From assembly GCA_964016885.1 (NCBI GenBank), contig OZ024740.1, positions 339,202,001 to 339,266,000 of the forward strand: 64,000 bases of DNA, given 5' to 3'. The notes under the pieces are model-generated. The model had not been told where the DNA came from. It was given only the letters and a program-made list of their open reading frames with translations, and did no database searches. Below, piece after piece: positions 63,098 to 64,000 of the stretch. This stretch comes from Eledone cirrhosa (taxonomy: Eukaryota). Each line of letters starts with the position of its first letter. Within the stretch, counting starts at the first letter, position 1. The translations under genes were made by a program, and so were the position numbers.

Positions 63098-63150
63098 AAG
63101 TTTCAGAAGATGCCGTTAAGGGTGAAAGCAGCGATTCATTGCTTAAACTT
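63098..63150 (+). ncRNA. type-I hammerhead fold with full stem III (family G, U4A)
   Basis: AAGTTT-CAGAAGA-T-GCC-GTTAAG-GGT-GAAA-GCAG..TTGC-TT-AAACTT. Confidence 0.55.
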
Positions 63151-63170
63151 TAATCTGTTATTTTAATAAT

Positions 63171-63515
63171 GGGGTACATGGCTTAGTGGTTAGAGCATTG
63201 GCCTTGCAATCGAAAGGTTGTGAGTTCAATTCTCAGACCGGGTGATGTGTTGTTTCCTTGAGCAAGACACTTTATTTCACATTGCTCCAGTTTACTCAGC
63301 TGTAGAAATGAGATGATAGGGACTGGGGTCCCTATCATTCCACTGCAAAGTGGTCGTGGAGGTGCCACGGCAAAAAAGCACCCAGCACTCACTGTAAATG
63401 AGGTTGGTGTTAGGAAGAGCATCCAGCTGTAGAAATCAAGCCAGAATCAGTTCCCGTCCCACCCTTGCAAGCAGGGAAAAGTGGACATAAAATGAACTGA
63501 AATGAATGATGAATG
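63171..63515 (+). mobile_element. tRNA-derived CORE-like SINE
   Basis: Near-identical to 54131-54470. Confidence 0.88.
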
Positions 63516-63529
63516 ATATATATATAATG

Positions 63530-64000
63530 TTTTCTGACTTTGAAGGCATACCCATGGGTGTTACACACATGGAATTCAAAAAGGTGCTCAGGGTTGTTGT
63601 TGGCAAGATGGTTAATAATTTTGTCAGTTGCCAGACATCAGAGCTTCAATGTATCCATGCCCAGGGAAGCAAGGCGTTCAGAGTATGGTAGATGCCTGAT
63701 GGAGGGTATTCACCTGGTTGCATGTCTCTCAACAGTTCCAGGAGGTCAATGTTCTGAGCAAGATAGGGGTATCAGACTGGTGATGCAAATTCCAAGTGTG
63801 GCCACACCATAGTTATATACAGCTTTAAATAGCTAGCTGGAGAGTGGCTGACAAAGGTCTTGCTGACTGATGGCAAGACACCCTTGGCCTTCTTGACAAT
63901 TTTAGAGATGTGCTTTGTCCAACACAAATCGCTGTAGACAGTAATGCCCAAGTCACATTCACAAGAAGACTTCTTGATATTAGTGTTGTGGAGAGAGTAT
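63530..64000 (-). pseudogene. CR1-like LINE ORF2 C-terminal remnant
   Basis: Minus strand ECDLGITVYSDLCWTKHISKIVKKA...LYITMVWPHLEFASPV. Confidence 0.7.

Overview
AT-rich, repeat-dominated eukaryotic DNA. The repeat families resemble those of a cephalopod/octopus genome (inference). I can support no host protein-coding gene, and most listed ORFs are translations of (TA)n/(CA)n microsatellite. The core (~13.6-50.5 kb) is an interrupted (TA)n microsatellite field densely packed with retroelements. These include a 4.6-kb fold-back Penelope-like element (PLE; RT + GIY-YIG), fragments of two PLE families, RTE LINEs with an in-frame PHD-like finger, CR1/L2-group LINE copies and tRNA-derived SINEs. 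The main unexplained signal is a set of non-coding inserts carrying type-I hammerhead ribozyme (HHR) folds. I count roughly 17 intact or degenerate motifs by eye, in about 8-9 sequence contexts, many with the palindromic stem III of dimeric 'minimal' HHRs. They include a 474-bp tandem unit, a 522-bp circularly permuted unit and a U3-A8 compensated core variant. Many of these inserts have an inverted (fold-back) segment and TA flanks, as the PLEs do. This suggests a PLE-driven, (TA)n-targeted retrozyme system. All folds were paired by eye and were not computed.
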